A stretch of DNA of 64,000 nucleotides from an uncultured Verrucomicrobiae bacterium (lineage in GTDB: Bacteria; Verrucomicrobiota; Verrucomicrobiia; Limisphaerales; Palsa-1400): contig CAVXRD010000001.1 of the NCBI GenBank assembly GCA_963764165.1, positions 224,001 through 288,000 on the forward strand, read 5' to 3'. Positions 50,100 to 61,397 of this stretch are shown here, piece by piece. Each line of letters starts with the position of its first letter. The first letter of the stretch is position 1. The notes under the pieces are model-generated. The model was not told the DNA's origin, did no database searches, and saw only the letters and a list, made by a program, of their open reading frames with translations. Made by a program: the position numbers and the translations under genes.

Positions 50100-53000
50100 A
50101 TGTCGATGCGCAAGCCAGGCTTTATCCGAATCGGGAAATTCGTTTCCCGCGCACTGTTGGCTGCTTCCTGCGTCTCAGCGGGCGCCGCCGAATTGCCCCC
50201 CGCCGCGGCCACCAACGTGGATTTCGTCCGCGATGTCCAGCCGATTCTCGGCGAAAATTGCTACGGCTGCCACGGGCCGCGCAAACACGAGTCCGAACTT
50301 CGCTGGGACAACAAGCAAATCGCCATGCGCGGGGGCGATCTCGGCCCTGACATTATTCCCGGGCGCAGCGCGGACAGCCGGATGATCCGATCCGTCGCCG
50401 GTTTGATCCCGGATCTTGTCATGCCCAAATCCAGCGAACGGCTGAACGGCAAACAAATTGGAATTTTGCGGGCCTGGATCGACCAGGGTGCGGTGTGGCC
50501 GGACAGCGCATCCGTCAAGGTCGCCGATCCGCGCGAACATTGGGCTTTCAAAGCGCCCGTCAAACCGCCGCTCCCTTCCGTCAAATCGAAAAAATGGGCG
50601 CGCAATCCGGTTGATGAGTTTATTCTCGCGAAGCTTCAAGCCGAGAAATTGCGCCCGTCGCCGATGGCAGACCGCCCCACGCTTCTTCGCCGTCTGAGCC
50701 TCGATTTGACGGGATTGCCGCCGACCATTGAGGAGGTCGACGATTTCGTGGCCGACCGCTCGCCGAATGCGTATTCCAAACAAGTCGAGCGCCTGCTGGC
50801 CTCGCCGCATTTTGGCGAATGCTGGGCGCGGCATTGGCTGGACGTGGCGCGTTACGCGGATTCCAACGGCTACGAAAAGGATCTTGCGCGCACCATCTGG
50901 CCATATCGCGATTGGGTCATCGACGCCTTCAACCGCAATCTTCCTTACGACCAATTCGCCATCGATCAAGTCGCGGGCGACATGCTGCCCGATGCCACCA
51001 TCGAGGACAAAGTGGCGACCGGTTTTTTTCGGAACTCGATGCTGAACGAGGAAGGCGGCATTGACCCGGAGGAATTTCGCAACGCCGCGATCATCGAGCG
51101 GATGGATGTTTTGGGGAAGGCGTTTTTAGGTTTGACGCTGAATTGCTGCCAGTGCCACAACCACAAATACGACCCGATTTCGCAAAAGGAGTATTACCAA
51201 TTCTTCGCCTTCCTTAACAACGACGACGAGCCGGAGATGGAGGTTCCCGACAAATCCGCGCAGGCAAAACAGGCGGAAATTAAAAAGAACATCGCCAGAA
51301 TGGAAGACGAACTGCTCGCCAAATATGACGATGTGCCGAAGAAAATGGAAGCGTGGGAAAAGGAAATGAAGGCGGCGGCGGGCGACTGGACGGTGCTCGA
51401 ACCGGAAGCATTCTATGCCAGCGTGGGAACAAAATTCACCAAGCTGGAAGACCATTCGCTGCTGGCCACCGGCTCCAATCCCGGCGTTTCAGAATACACG
51501 GTCACCGCGCGCACAGCGTTGAAAGGCATCACGGGTTTTCGGCTGGAGGCGCTGGCGGATCCGAATCTGCCGGCCTACGGGCCGGGACGCGCCGGCAACG
51601 GGAATTTCGTCTTGTCAGAGTTTATTGTCCAGGCCGGGCCGGTTATCCCCGGCGCGACGAATACAGCGACGAACACCATCACGCTGACGAATGCAACCGC
51701 TGATTATTTTCAAGCCAGCTTCCCACCCTCCGCCGCGATTGATGGAATCATCACGAACAAAACCGGCTGGGCCGTCGACGACTTGCCGGGCCGCCGCAAT
51801 CGAAGCCACCAGGCGGTCTTCGAGGCGAAAAACCCCGTGAATTACGACAGCGGAACAATCTTGAAATTTACGCTCAATCACAGTTTCGGCGATGTCCATA
51901 CGCTCGGCCGGTTCCGCATTTCGGCAACGACTTCGCCGCAGCCGCTGCGGGCGGACCCGCTGAGCCGCCATGCGCGGGAGATTCTCGGGGTGCCACATGA
52001 TCAACGGACGGCAGCGCAGCAGCGCGAGTTGTTCAGTTTCTACCGGGCCACGGATTCGCGGATGGCCGACGTCAATAAGAAGATCGACGAGGAGCAGGCC
52101 AAGTGGCCCTCGGCCCCGAGCAGTTTGGTTTTGGTGGCGCGGGAGCATCCGCGCCAGTCGCACATTTTCATCCGGGGCGATTGGCAGAAAGAAGGCGCGC
52201 CAGTGAAACCGGGCGTGCCTGCCGTCCTGCCCCCGCTCCCTGCCGACGCGCCCCTGAACCGGCTGACGCTCGCGCGCTGGCTGGTTGACAAAAGGAACCC
52301 CACTGTGGCGCGGGTCATGGTCAATCGCCTCTGGCAGGAAATTTTTGGGCGCGGATTGGTGGCGACTTCCGAGGATTTCGGAACGCAATGCGACAAGCCC
52401 ACCCATCCGGAATTGCTGGATTGGCTTGCCTGCGAGTTCATGGACAGCGGCTGGGATGTCAAACATATCATTCGCCTGATGGTCGAATCGGCCACCTACC
52501 AGCAGTCGTCCGTGGTGGCGCCGGAAATGGTGGAGCGCGATCCCGACGACCGGCTGCTGGAGCGCGGCCCGCGCGTGCGGGTGGACGCGGAAATTATTCG
52601 CGACATCGCGCTGAGCGCGGGCGGATTGCTGCAGGAAAAACTTGGCGGGCCGCCCGTTTATCCGCCTATTCCCGAGGGCGTCATGAGCCTTGGCTACGGC
52701 GCGCCGATGGCTTGGGAAACGAAAGCGCACGACCGTTACCGCCGGGCGATCTACACTTTTGTCAAGCGTTCCGTGCCGTATCCTTCGCTGAACGTTTTCG
52801 ACGGGCCGACGGGCGAAAGCGCCTGCCCGCGCCGGACTCGATCCAACACCCCGTTGCAGGCCCTCACGACGCTGGATGATCCGGTCTTTGTGGAGGCCGC
52901 CCAGGCGCTGGCTTTGCGCGTTTGGAAAAACGGCGGCCATAACGATCACGACCGCATCAATTACGCCTTCGAGCTTTGCACGGGACGCAAGCCGAACGCT

Positions 53001-53195
53001 TCCGAGGCGGCGACGATTTCCTCGCTGTTGATCGAGGAGCAGGACTTCTTCGCGGATCGAACAGCGCGCGCGGTGCAGGTGGCGGTGCAAGACGTGAAAA
53101 ATCTGCCGGAGGATGTGAATCTCGAAAAGGTGGCCGCCTGGACGATGGTGGCGCGGGTGTTGCTAAATTTGGACGAAACCATTACCAAGGAATGA
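50100..53195 (+). CDS. Planctomycete cytochrome c / DUF1549 / DUF1553 (PSD1) protein
   Basis: [46 protein letters not shown]. Confidence 0.93.
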   Translation: MSMRKPGFIRIGKFVSRALLAASCVSAGAAELPPAAATNVDFVRDVQPILGENCYGCHGPRKHESELRWDNKQIAMRGGDLGPDIIPGRSADSRMIRSVAGLIPDLVMPKSSERLNGKQIGILRAWIDQGAVWPDSASVKVADPREHWAFKAPVKPPLPSVKSKKWARNPVDEFILAKLQAEKLRPSPMADRPTLLRRLSLDLTGLPPTIEEVDDFVADRSPNAYSKQVERLLASPHFGECWARHWLDVARYADSNGYEKDLARTIWPYRDWVIDAFNRNLPYDQFAIDQVAGDMLPDATIEDKVATGFFRNSMLNEEGGIDPEEFRNAAIIERMDVLGKAFLGLTLNCCQCHNHKYDPISQKEYYQFFAFLNNDDEPEMEVPDKSAQAKQAEIKKNIARMEDELLAKYDDVPKKMEAWEKEMKAAAGDWTVLEPEAFYASVGTKFTKLEDHSLLATGSNPGVSEYTVTARTALKGITGFRLEALADPNLPAYGPGRAGNGNFVLSEFIVQAGPVIPGATNTATNTITLTNATADYFQASFPPSAAIDGIITNKTGWAVDDLPGRRNRSHQAVFEAKNPVNYDSGTILKFTLNHSFGDVHTLGRFRISATTSPQPLRADPLSRHAREILGVPHDQRTAAQQRELFSFYRATDSRMADVNKKIDEEQAKWPSAPSSLVLVAREHPRQSHIFIRGDWQKEGAPVKPGVPAVLPPLPADAPLNRLTLARWLVDKRNPTVARVMVNRLWQEIFGRGLVATSEDFGTQCDKPTHPELLDWLACEFMDSGWDVKHIIRLMVESATYQQSSVVAPEMVERDPDDRLLERGPRVRVDAEIIRDIALSAGGLLQEKLGGPPVYPPIPEGVMSLGYGAPMAWETKAHDRYRRAIYTFVKRSVPYPSLNVFDGPTGESACPRRTRSNTPLQALTTLDDPVFVEAAQALALRVWKNGGHNDHDRINYAFELCTGRKPNASEAATISSLLIEEQDFFADRTARAVQVAVQDVKNLPEDVNLEKVAAWTMVARVLLNLDETITKE

Positions 53196-53199
53196 TCCA

Positions 53200-54648
53200 G
53201 TGAGCTTTGCCGAACATTATTGCAACGAACGCCGCGCGGGCGTGACGCGCCGCTATTTTTTCCGCCAATGCGGAATGGGCCTCGGCGCGATGGCGCTCGC
53301 CTCGCTGCTGCGCGGCACCGATGCCCTTGGCGCGGCGGTTACAGGTGGAAATCCGCTCGTGGCGCATGCGCCACAATTTCCAGCCAAAGCCAAGCGGATC
53401 ATTTATCTCTTTCAAGCCGGCGGGCCGAGCCAGTTGGATTTGTTCAATCACCGCCCTGCCCTCGCGAAATACGACGGCCAGCCAATTCCGAAGGAAATCG
53501 TCAAAGACCAGAAATACGCCTTCATCAAGCCGGACGCGGCGCTGTTTGCCTCGAAGTTTGAGTTTGCCCGCCACGGCCAATGCGGAGCGGAAATTTCAGA
53601 GGCGCTCCCGCACCTTTCGGAAATCGTGGATGACATCGCGATCATCAACTCGATGAACACGCCCGCTTTCAATCACGCCCCTGCGCAAATTTTCATGAAC
53701 ACCGGCTCGACTGTGTTCGGCCGCCCAAGCATGGGATCGTGGGTGACATACGGGCTTGGCAGCGAGTCGCAGAATTTGCCGGCGTTTGTCGTGCTGAGTT
53801 CGGCGGGTGGAACCAGCGGCGGCGCGGGGAATTGGGGCGCGGGCTTTTTGCCGACGGTGTACCAGGGCGTCCCGTTCCGGCGCAGCGGCGATCCAATTTT
53901 ATATTTGACTAATCCTCCGGGGGTGACGCAAGCCATGCAGCGGCGCGAACTGGACGCGCTGCATCAACTGAACCAGCAGCGCCTCGGCGTGGTGGGTGAT
54001 CCGGAAATTGCCACCCGCATCAACGCTTACGAGATGGCGTATCGCATGCAAACCAGCGCGCCCGAGCTGATGGATTTGTCGAAGGAATCGAAGGAGACTT
54101 TGGAGATGTACGGCGCGAAACCAGGCGAAAGCTCGTTCGCCAACAATTGCCTCCTCGCCCGGCGATTGGCCGAGCGCGGCGTGCGTTTCATCCAGCTTTT
54201 TCACGAGGCGTGGGATCACCACAGCGACGTCACCAACGGGATTAAGAAGGAGTGCGCCACCACCGACAAACCTTGCGCCGCCTTGATCAAGGATTTGAAA
54301 CAGCGCGGCATGCTCGAGGATACCTTGGTGATTTGGGGCGGGGAATTCGGCCGCACTCCGATGGTCGAAACGAACAAGGAAGCTGGGCGCAAGCTCGGGC
54401 GCGATCATCATCCGCAGGCATTTTCGATGTGGCTGGCCGGTGGCGGCATCAAGCCCGGCCAGACCATCGGCAAGACGGATGATTTTGGCTTCAACATCAC
54501 CGAAGACCCCGTGCCCGTGCATGATCTGCACGCCACCATCCTGCGCCTGCTTGGCTTTGACCACACCAAATTGACCTATCATTCCCAAGGCCGCGACTTT
54601 CGGTTGACAGATGTTGAGGGCGAGCTGGTCTCCAAACTGATTGTGTGA
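53200..54648 (+). CDS. DUF1501 protein (Tat signal)
   Basis: [29 protein letters not shown]. Confidence 0.93.
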   Translation: MSFAEHYCNERRAGVTRRYFFRQCGMGLGAMALASLLRGTDALGAAVTGGNPLVAHAPQFPAKAKRIIYLFQAGGPSQLDLFNHRPALAKYDGQPIPKEIVKDQKYAFIKPDAALFASKFEFARHGQCGAEISEALPHLSEIVDDIAIINSMNTPAFNHAPAQIFMNTGSTVFGRPSMGSWVTYGLGSESQNLPAFVVLSSAGGTSGGAGNWGAGFLPTVYQGVPFRRSGDPILYLTNPPGVTQAMQRRELDALHQLNQQRLGVVGDPEIATRINAYEMAYRMQTSAPELMDLSKESKETLEMYGAKPGESSFANNCLLARRLAERGVRFIQLFHEAWDHHSDVTNGIKKECATTDKPCAALIKDLKQRGMLEDTLVIWGGEFGRTPMVETNKEAGRKLGRDHHPQAFSMWLAGGGIKPGQTIGKTDDFGFNITEDPVPVHDLHATILRLLGFDHTKLTYHSQGRDFRLTDVEGELVSKLIV

Positions 54649-55664
54649 AAGCCGCTGTATTGCACGGACGTGAGGACATCCGGGTTGAGCACATCGAGCC
54701 TCCCAAAATCGGCGCCGGCGAAGTCCGGGTGAACATCGAAGCCGCGCTGACCTGCGGCACCGACCTGAAGGTTTACAGGCGCGGCTATCATGCGCGCATG
54801 ATCGTCCCCCCGTCCGTTTTCGGGCATGAATTTGCGGGTTCCATTTGCGAAATGGGCCCTGAAACGAGCGGCTGGAGTCTGGGCGACCGTGTCGTGGTGG
54901 CCAATTCGGCTCCGTGCGGAGAGTGTCTGTATTGCAAGAACGGGCAGGATAATTTGTGCGATGATTTGCTTTTTCTGAACGGCGCTTACGCGGAAACAAT
55001 TATTGTGCCCGCGCGCTTGGTGAAGAAAAACATGCTTCGCCTCGGTCCGAAAACGCGGGCCGCCGACGCCGCGCTGACCGAGCCGCTGGCGTGCGTGGTG
55101 CAAGGCTGGGAGGAAGTCGCGCCGAAAAAAGGGCAAAGCGTTCTTATACTTGGCAGCGGGCCGATTGGCTTGATGTTTGCCGCCGTCGCCCGCCACGAGG
55201 GCTGCAACATCACGATGGCCGGCCGGGGGCCTCGATTGGAAACGGCACGGAAGCTCGGCGCGGATTATGTTGTTGACGTTGGCGCATCGGGCGATTTGGT
55301 CGGTGCTGTCAATAAGACAAGCCACATTTATGACGTGGTGATCGAGGCGGTCGGAAAGCCGGAAGCGTGGCAGGCCGCATCGATGCTCGTGCGCAAGGGC
55401 GGCAAGGTGAATTTCTTCGGAGGCTGCCCGGCGGGAACCACGGTGACGCTCGACACAAGCCGGCTGCACTATTCGAGCATCACGCTGTATTCGAGTTTTC
55501 ACCACAGCCCCCGCACGATCCGCCGAGCCCTTTCGCTGATTGAAGAAGGCGTGATCAAAGCCGCCGATTTTGTCGATGGCGAGGCATTGCTTGATGATCT
55601 CCCGAATGTGTTCCGCTCGATGGCGGCCGGAAACCGCGCTGTCAAGACTTTGATTCGAAGGTAG
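54645..55664 (+). CDS. Zn-dependent alcohol/sugar dehydrogenase
   Basis: CGTD, GHE, CGECLYC..C, GSGPIG. Confidence 0.92.
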   Translation: MKAAVLHGREDIRVEHIEPPKIGAGEVRVNIEAALTCGTDLKVYRRGYHARMIVPPSVFGHEFAGSICEMGPETSGWSLGDRVVVANSAPCGECLYCKNGQDNLCDDLLFLNGAYAETIIVPARLVKKNMLRLGPKTRAADAALTEPLACVVQGWEEVAPKKGQSVLILGSGPIGLMFAAVARHEGCNITMAGRGPRLETARKLGADYVVDVGASGDLVGAVNKTSHIYDVVIEAVGKPEAWQAASMLVRKGGKVNFFGGCPAGTTVTLDTSRLHYSSITLYSSFHHSPRTIRRALSLIEEGVIKAADFVDGEALLDDLPNVFRSMAAGNRAVKTLIRR

Positions 55665-55684
55665 GGATGCCGATCCCCATTCTT

Positions 55685-55762
55685 GGTAGGGCGAGACTCT
55701 GTCGAGCCCTGACTAAATTTGGTCCAAAATCCGATCAGGTCTCGACAGAGTCTCGCCCTACC
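55685..55762. repeat. GTAG REP doublet, third family, between convergent genes
   Basis: GGTAGGGCGAGACTCTGTCGAG / CTCGACAGAGTCTCGCCCTACC, perfect inverted repeat. Confidence 0.8.
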
Positions 55763-55769
55763 GGTGAAG

Positions 55770-58001
55770 TCATTTCCCATTGTAGGAAATGCGCCACATC
55801 GTGTTGTTTCCATCGTCGGTGATAAGCAGCGCGCCATCATGCGCGACCGTGACTCCGACAGGCCGCCCCCACACGCTGGCATTGTCAACAACAAAACCTG
55901 TCATGAAGTCCTCGTATTCGCCCGTCGCCACGCCGTTTTTGCAATGGACGCGGACAACCTTGTAGCCGGTGCGGTTGTTGCGATTCCACGATCCGTGAAA
56001 GCACGCAAAAATGTCGCCCTGATATTCCGCCGGAAATGCGGAAACGCCGGAAGCCGCGGTGTAAAACGCAATTCCGAGCGAGGCGGAATGGGCTTGCAGC
56101 GGGACATCAGGAATCGTCGCTTTTCCGGCGAGATCAGGGCGTTCGCCCGCGTGCCGCGGGTCTTCGTGATTGCCCATGTAATACCATGGCCAGCCGTAAT
56201 AGCAGCCTTCCTTCAAATGCGTGATGTAATCGGGAACAAGGTCGTCGCCCAAGCCGTCGCGCTCGTTGGTTGACACCCACAAATCACCTGTGTCGGGATG
56301 GATCGCGAGCACAGCGCCGTTGCGAACACCGGTCGCGTAAGGATGCATCGGCGTCTTGCCTTCCGGGTCGGTGATGAGGATGTTTGCGCGGTTGCTCTCC
56401 GTATCCCACGCCGCGCCGAGGCCGCGTTCAGCTTCCCATTCGCGAATCGCATCGGGTTCCTTCTTCTTCATTTCTTCCGCCACGTTCGATCCGGAACCAA
56501 CCGTGATAAACATCCGCTTTCCATCTTTCGTAAACGCCACGTCGCGGGTAGTGTGCCCGCCAGTTGTGTTGGCGAGGTGCGGCACAATAACTTCCGGCTT
56601 TTGATCCGTCTTCAAATCGCCGTTGGAATAGGGCACGCGCACGATGGAATTGTTATTGGCAATATACATCCATTTTGGATCAGGGCCCGGCGGATAAAAC
56701 GCCATGCCGAACGGCCTGTTCAACCCGCTCACAAAAATCTGGTTTTCCGCGGGCGCATCGGCTCCGTCCGTCGTGCGCATGACGCGAATGCGATTCTGCC
56801 CCGTCTCGGCAATGAAGATGTCGCCGTTCGGAGCCGTCCGCAACAAACGCGGGCCGGACAATCCGCTGGCGAATTGCTTCACGGTGAAATTGGGCGGGAC
56901 GGACAATTTCGCGTCAGGGGGAGCGGGAACGACTTTCGGTCCATTTCCTGCCGATGGCGTGGCGAACGGCGGAGGCAATGTTGCCACATCCACCCGATGT
57001 TTGACACCGGGCTTGGCGTGATGCCAGTCGCCCTCGTCGGTTTCCGGGTTCGGAGCCGCGGGCGCGGGCGTCGACGCTGCAACTGCGCCTGGCTCCGCCT
57101 TCAACGTCGCCAGGTAAGCGACAAGATTGCGCCGATTCGTCTCGTCCGGCACCGACACCAGCATCGTCGTGCCAGGGACGGCGGACACCGGATTTGCCAG
57201 GAAGCGATTCAACGCCTCCGCGTTCCAAACCAAACCAGAATCGGCCAGCGCCTTGGTGTAATTAAAATTCGGGCCGGAGCCGGCCCGGCGTCCGGCCACT
57301 CCGACAAGGCTCGGCCCCTGCCCGCCGATGGCGTTGTTCCGCGGCCCGAGCACCGCCGCGTGGCACAAGGCGCAGTTCTGCCGGAAAAACGCCTTGCCCC
57401 GGCTCACTTCATCCGTCATCCCCCCCGCCTCCGCGCCCTCTTCGGTCCCGGAAATATTGATGACATTGACGCTGGGAAATTCTGGAATTCGCACTTTGAG
57501 AAACGGCTTTTCCGCCGCCGTGTGGCACGCGTAACAGCCGGCGATCGTCTGTTTGTAAGCCGTCTCGAATCCCGGCTCATCCTTTTTCTCGATGGCGGTG
57601 GCGACCGATTTGAGTATCGTATTGGTGACAGCCTCCAGGATGCCGCCGAGATTTACCTGGTCCCCAGCTTTCGTCACATAAACCGGCTTCACCTGAACCG
57701 CCCACGCCAGATGCGCGCGCGTCGTGTCAAGGTAATAGCTGGCCAGCGGCCAATTCTGGTTTGTCCCCGCAAACCACAGATTGCCGAAGTGATAACCCAC
57801 ATCCGCCATGACGTGCGCCTGATCCGGCGCGGGTGAGCCCGCCTGCGCCGCGGCCTTCTGCGAAAAGGCTCCAACGCCTCCGATCACGAACAAAGCGGCC
57901 GGAAGAATCCGTCCACCGACGCCACGCACAGCAGAGATTGACGCCGCAAAGCGACCAGCCGAAAATCGGCCCCAGAAAAAATGAGATGAGTTACACACCA
58001 T
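55770..58001 (-). CDS. Sorbosone/glucose dehydrogenase-type beta-propeller fused to two cytochrome c domains
   Basis: CYACH, CALCH, TNERDGLGDDLVPDY, YGWPWYY, FHGSWNR, GRPVGV. Confidence 0.88.
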   Translation of the reverse strand: MVCNSSHFFWGRFSAGRFAASISAVRGVGGRILPAALFVIGGVGAFSQKAAAQAGSPAPDQAHVMADVGYHFGNLWFAGTNQNWPLASYYLDTTRAHLAWAVQVKPVYVTKAGDQVNLGGILEAVTNTILKSVATAIEKKDEPGFETAYKQTIAGCYACHTAAEKPFLKVRIPEFPSVNVINISGTEEGAEAGGMTDEVSRGKAFFRQNCALCHAAVLGPRNNAIGGQGPSLVGVAGRRAGSGPNFNYTKALADSGLVWNAEALNRFLANPVSAVPGTTMLVSVPDETNRRNLVAYLATLKAEPGAVAASTPAPAAPNPETDEGDWHHAKPGVKHRVDVATLPPPFATPSAGNGPKVVPAPPDAKLSVPPNFTVKQFASGLSGPRLLRTAPNGDIFIAETGQNRIRVMRTTDGADAPAENQIFVSGLNRPFGMAFYPPGPDPKWMYIANNNSIVRVPYSNGDLKTDQKPEVIVPHLANTTGGHTTRDVAFTKDGKRMFITVGSGSNVAEEMKKKEPDAIREWEAERGLGAAWDTESNRANILITDPEGKTPMHPYATGVRNGAVLAIHPDTGDLWVSTNERDGLGDDLVPDYITHLKEGCYYGWPWYYMGNHEDPRHAGERPDLAGKATIPDVPLQAHSASLGIAFYTAASGVSAFPAEYQGDIFACFHGSWNRNNRTGYKVVRVHCKNGVATGEYEDFMTGFVVDNASVWGRPVGVTVAHDGALLITDDGNNTMWRISYNGK

Positions 58002-58078
58002 CGCAAACTATCTGACGCCTATTTGACATTCAACCTTCAACAAAATTTTGCCACGGCGCAAAGCGGCCGGAAAAAGTT

Positions 58079-58269
58079 AATCAGGAACGCCCGAACTCAG
58101 GAAAAGAGGCCGTGGATCATTTCTTGATGAAATTATTTTCCACGCGACAGCGCAAAATCTAATCCGACTGGCGAAAATCTGGAGGAAAGTTTCGGCTGAG
58201 GCGCACGAATCCAAGGCGCGCCCCGCAACCAAGATTAGTCTCTTTTCCTGAGTTCGGGCGTTCCTGATT
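58079..58269. repeat. Perfect 30-bp inverted repeat around a 131-bp spacer (MITE-like)
   Basis: AATCAGGAACGCCCGAACTCAGGAAAAGAG at 58079-58108 and its reverse complement at 58240-58269. Confidence 0.85.
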
Positions 58270-58368
58270 CAATTTTTCAGCCCAGGTCCCCTTCGGACAA
58301 ACGCTGTCGACTCCGCCGTTTTATTCTGGCAAATAGCAGGGATTGTCTTTCAAAGCCGCGGTTTGTTC

Positions 58369-58860
58369 ATGAAAAGCTGGTTTCAATCACTGGTAAGCAC
58401 TGGCTGGTTGGCGCATTCGATTCGAACGGCGCTGGCCGCCTCGGTCTCGCTGGCGTTTGCGCGACTTTTCAAAATGCCCCAGCCTTATTGGGCGGCTGTC
58501 ACGACCATGATCGTGACACAATCGACTTTGGGCGCCGCCTGGAAAATTGCGCGCCGCCGTCTCATCGGCACAGCGATTGGTGCGACGGCAGGCGGGCTGG
58601 TGGCCACGTTTTTCGGGCCGAATGCGTTGGCCGTCGGCCTCACCATCTTTGCGCTCGGCATCGTATGCGGTTCGCTGAAGCTCGATGTAGCCGCGTATCG
58701 GTTCGCTGGGGTCGCGCTCATTATAGTGACGCTGGTGAGCGCCGGAATATCACCGCCAGCAACCATCGCCTTCCACCGATTCGCGGAAGTTGCGATCGGA
58801 ATTTTGGTGGGCCTCCTTTTCTCCGCCATTTGGCCGACGCAGGAATTAAAGTCAACTTGA
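58369..58860 (+). CDS. FUSC / aromatic acid exporter family membrane protein
   Basis: YWAAVTTMIV, RRLIGTAIGA, RFAEVAIG. Confidence 0.82.
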   Translation: MKSWFQSLVSTGWLAHSIRTALAASVSLAFARLFKMPQPYWAAVTTMIVTQSTLGAAWKIARRRLIGTAIGATAGGLVATFFGPNALAVGLTIFALGIVCGSLKLDVAAYRFAGVALIIVTLVSAGISPPATIAFHRFAEVAIGILVGLLFSAIWPTQELKST

Positions 58861-58961
58861 GGGGGTTTAGGGCTTGTTAGATTGGGTGAAAACGCGCAAC
58901 CACCTAGCGCTGACGCAGCGGCATCTTGCCCGCATGGCAGACACTTGCGCGCATATTATAT

Positions 58962-59405
58962 ATATAATCTCCAAAAAGGGGCAACATCCGCTACATCATT
59001 GATTATCAGGCGTTTAAGGGGCAACAAAAATGGCAACAAGGTGGCAACAAACCCGCAACATTTTCGGAACACAAGGGGATTTCTACACCAAGGAAACAAA
59101 AGGGCACGAAGAATTCTGTCGCGCACGCCATTGATTTTGGGAGCGCAACCATCCGCAGATATTGGGCGATGGCGACGAGATTTTTGCCGTGAAAACCAAG
59201 GGTGCAATAGGGTGAAATAGCGTGCAATGCCCCGATCACGACCTATTTAACCCCTGTGCCTGATGGCCCGTTAAAAACAACTGCATCGCTGCCGCGGAAA
59301 TCCGCAAAATATCAAAGAACACGCCTCGGGGGGCGACAGGGAGAAAAATAAGGCCGAAAATCCCTTGCGTCAAATAAGATTGTAATTGCACTCTTACGTG
59401 GTATT
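58962..59405 (-). other. Dispersed non-coding element, copy B
   Basis: Same ordered blocks as 28344-28707, with a longer unrelated central spacer. Confidence 0.85.
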
Positions 59406-59698
59406 TCGTGGCATGACAAACGAAACATCGATTGCTCAGGGGGGACTGGAAGCAAAAACATCGCCGGGGGCGCCCGGGGGCAGGAGTGTTGCGGGCGGAC
59501 GGGCCGCGCTCGCATGAGCAAGATTGCGCTGCTATTCCACTGAAAACAGCGCCCCCACCATCGCACGATTACGCATTTTTCTTTGATTCATCGCCGCGAC
59601 TTGCGATAAGAATGGAATGGCAACGGACAACAACACCAAATCCTCCGGCGATTCGGGCAACATGGCCGAGACAAAGCCGCCATTCAGTTAGCTGTCGC

Positions 59699-60502
59699 AT
59701 GGAGGTTCTGCAACTTACCGCCACGCAATTCATCAAGCCGATGTCAACGGGGAGAAACCGTCCACTCTTGCTTGGATGTGAGGACAACGCTGCCAACTCC
59801 TTTGAAGTGGTGGTAAAATTTCGTGGCAGAGAAATGGACGCGAGGGCGCAGATTGCAGAGTTGGTTACAGCGCAACTGGCCGACGACTTGGGATTGCAAG
59901 TTCCGCAAGCGGTCGTGGTGGACGTCCCAGCCGGATTCGAAGCCATCTTCGCCGAAAAAGAATTGGCAGAGATGGTGAGAATGAGCCCCGGATTAAATTT
60001 CGGTTCCGTAAACATTGGTGCGGGCTTCACGACATGGCCACCCGGGCGCAATCCCGTTGGCATGCAACGGGATCAGGCAGCGGATGTATTCGCCTTCGAC
60101 ACGCTCATCCAGAATCCCGACCGACGCGCATCGAATCCAAATTTGTGGGCACGATCGGACAAAATCGGCGTCTACGATCACGAGCAGGCCTTTTCGTTTC
60201 TAGCTCTGCCGATTATTGGCGGCGCGGCCAAGCCGTGGGAGGCGGCGACATTGGCCAAGACCTTCCAATTTTTGGAACAGCATCTATTTTACCGGAGCCT
60301 GCGCGGCGGTCGATTGAATTTCGGCCCATTCATGGAAAATTTGGGCAAGATTACAGACGGACAACTGCAAGGATATTTCGACATGGTTCCGCCCGCCTGG
60401 AAATGCCAAGGCGATTTATGCGAGCAAATCGTTGCATATTTGTCTGAGGCTCGCAATCACAGGGAAACTTTGATACAGTTCATTAAACACTTGCTACGAT
60501 GA
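59699..60502 (+). CDS. HipA-family (HipA_2-like) Ser/Thr kinase
   Basis: GRNRP, VVKF, AELV...LGL, FDTLIQNPDRRASNPN, YDHEQAF. Confidence 0.85.
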   Translation: MEVLQLTATQFIKPMSTGRNRPLLLGCEDNAANSFEVVVKFRGREMDARAQIAELVTAQLADDLGLQVPQAVVVDVPAGFEAIFAEKELAEMVRMSPGLNFGSVNIGAGFTTWPPGRNPVGMQRDQAADVFAFDTLIQNPDRRASNPNLWARSDKIGVYDHEQAFSFLALPIIGGAAKPWEAATLAKTFQFLEQHLFYRSLRGGRLNFGPFMENLGKITDGQLQGYFDMVPPAWKCQGDLCEQIVAYLSEARNHRETLIQFIKHLLR

Positions 60503-61368
60503 AAACAAATTATAGCACCATCATCCTGCGTTACGTTCACGATGTGGTGACCGGCGAGTTTGCCAACATTGGAGTGGTGCTCTATGCGCCTGACCAGCGG
60601 TTTTTGGAGGCGCGCTTCACCGCCTCGTACGAACGGCTCAACGCCATCTTTCTCAAGATCGATCATCTGCATTTCCGCGCGTTGATGCGTTACATGACCC
60701 ATCGGTTCGAGGAATTGGGCGCGGAAATCCGCAACGAATTGCATATTCCCCCGGTAAATGCCTTGTCGGAAATTGTCAAAAAGGTTTTGCCGCCGGACGA
60801 TAGTTCGCTCCAATGGTCGCAGCAAGGCGGCGGCATCACCGAGGACCCGGCGCGCGTGTTGGGCGAAACATATAAACGATTAGTCGAGCGCTTTGTCGCG
60901 GGCGCAACACAAGTGAGCCGCAGCGATGAGGAGGTCGCCAAACCTTTTAAGGCCAAGCTGGGCAAGATGGTCGATAAGCTTTCGGAGAAGACGATCAAGA
61001 CAAAGGACTACCAATACGATTTCCAATTCGCGTGGAAAAATGACGTTTGGCATCTCTACGAGCCCGTTTCATTTGATTTGGTTGACCCAAACAGCATCCG
61101 GGAAAAAGCAAATCGCTGGCTTGGCCGCGGCGTGGCGCTGCACGATGCGGAAGAGAGCTTTAAAATTCATTTCATCCTCGGCGAACCACGCCAGGAAGGC
61201 ACGAAGGCGGCGTTTGAGAATGCACTGCATTTGCTGCAAAAGATTCCAAGCCAGAAACATCTAGTCCGCGAAAACGAGGTGGACAGCTTTGCGGAACGTG
61301 TCTCGGAAGAGATCACAGCCCACGATGCCGAGGCACTTCCATTACGCGACAAAGCAAAACAGACATGA
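60499..61368 (+). CDS. DUF3037 domain protein
   Basis: YSTIILRYVHDVVTGEFANIGVVL; start overlaps the kinase stop (ATGA). Confidence 0.85.
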   Translation: MKTNYSTIILRYVHDVVTGEFANIGVVLYAPDQRFLEARFTASYERLNAIFLKIDHLHFRALMRYMTHRFEELGAEIRNELHIPPVNALSEIVKKVLPPDDSSLQWSQQGGGITEDPARVLGETYKRLVERFVAGATQVSRSDEEVAKPFKAKLGKMVDKLSEKTIKTKDYQYDFQFAWKNDVWHLYEPVSFDLVDPNSIREKANRWLGRGVALHDAEESFKIHFILGEPRQEGTKAAFENALHLLQKIPSQKHLVRENEVDSFAERVSEEITAHDAEALPLRDKAKQT

Positions 61369-61397
61369 CCGATGCGGTATTTTAGACCAAATTACAC

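Noticed and set aside
38725..57836. Long antisense ORFs opposite glmS, the PSD1 gene and the dehydrogenase
   Set aside because: GC-rich codon-bias shadows of well-supported genes on the other strand.
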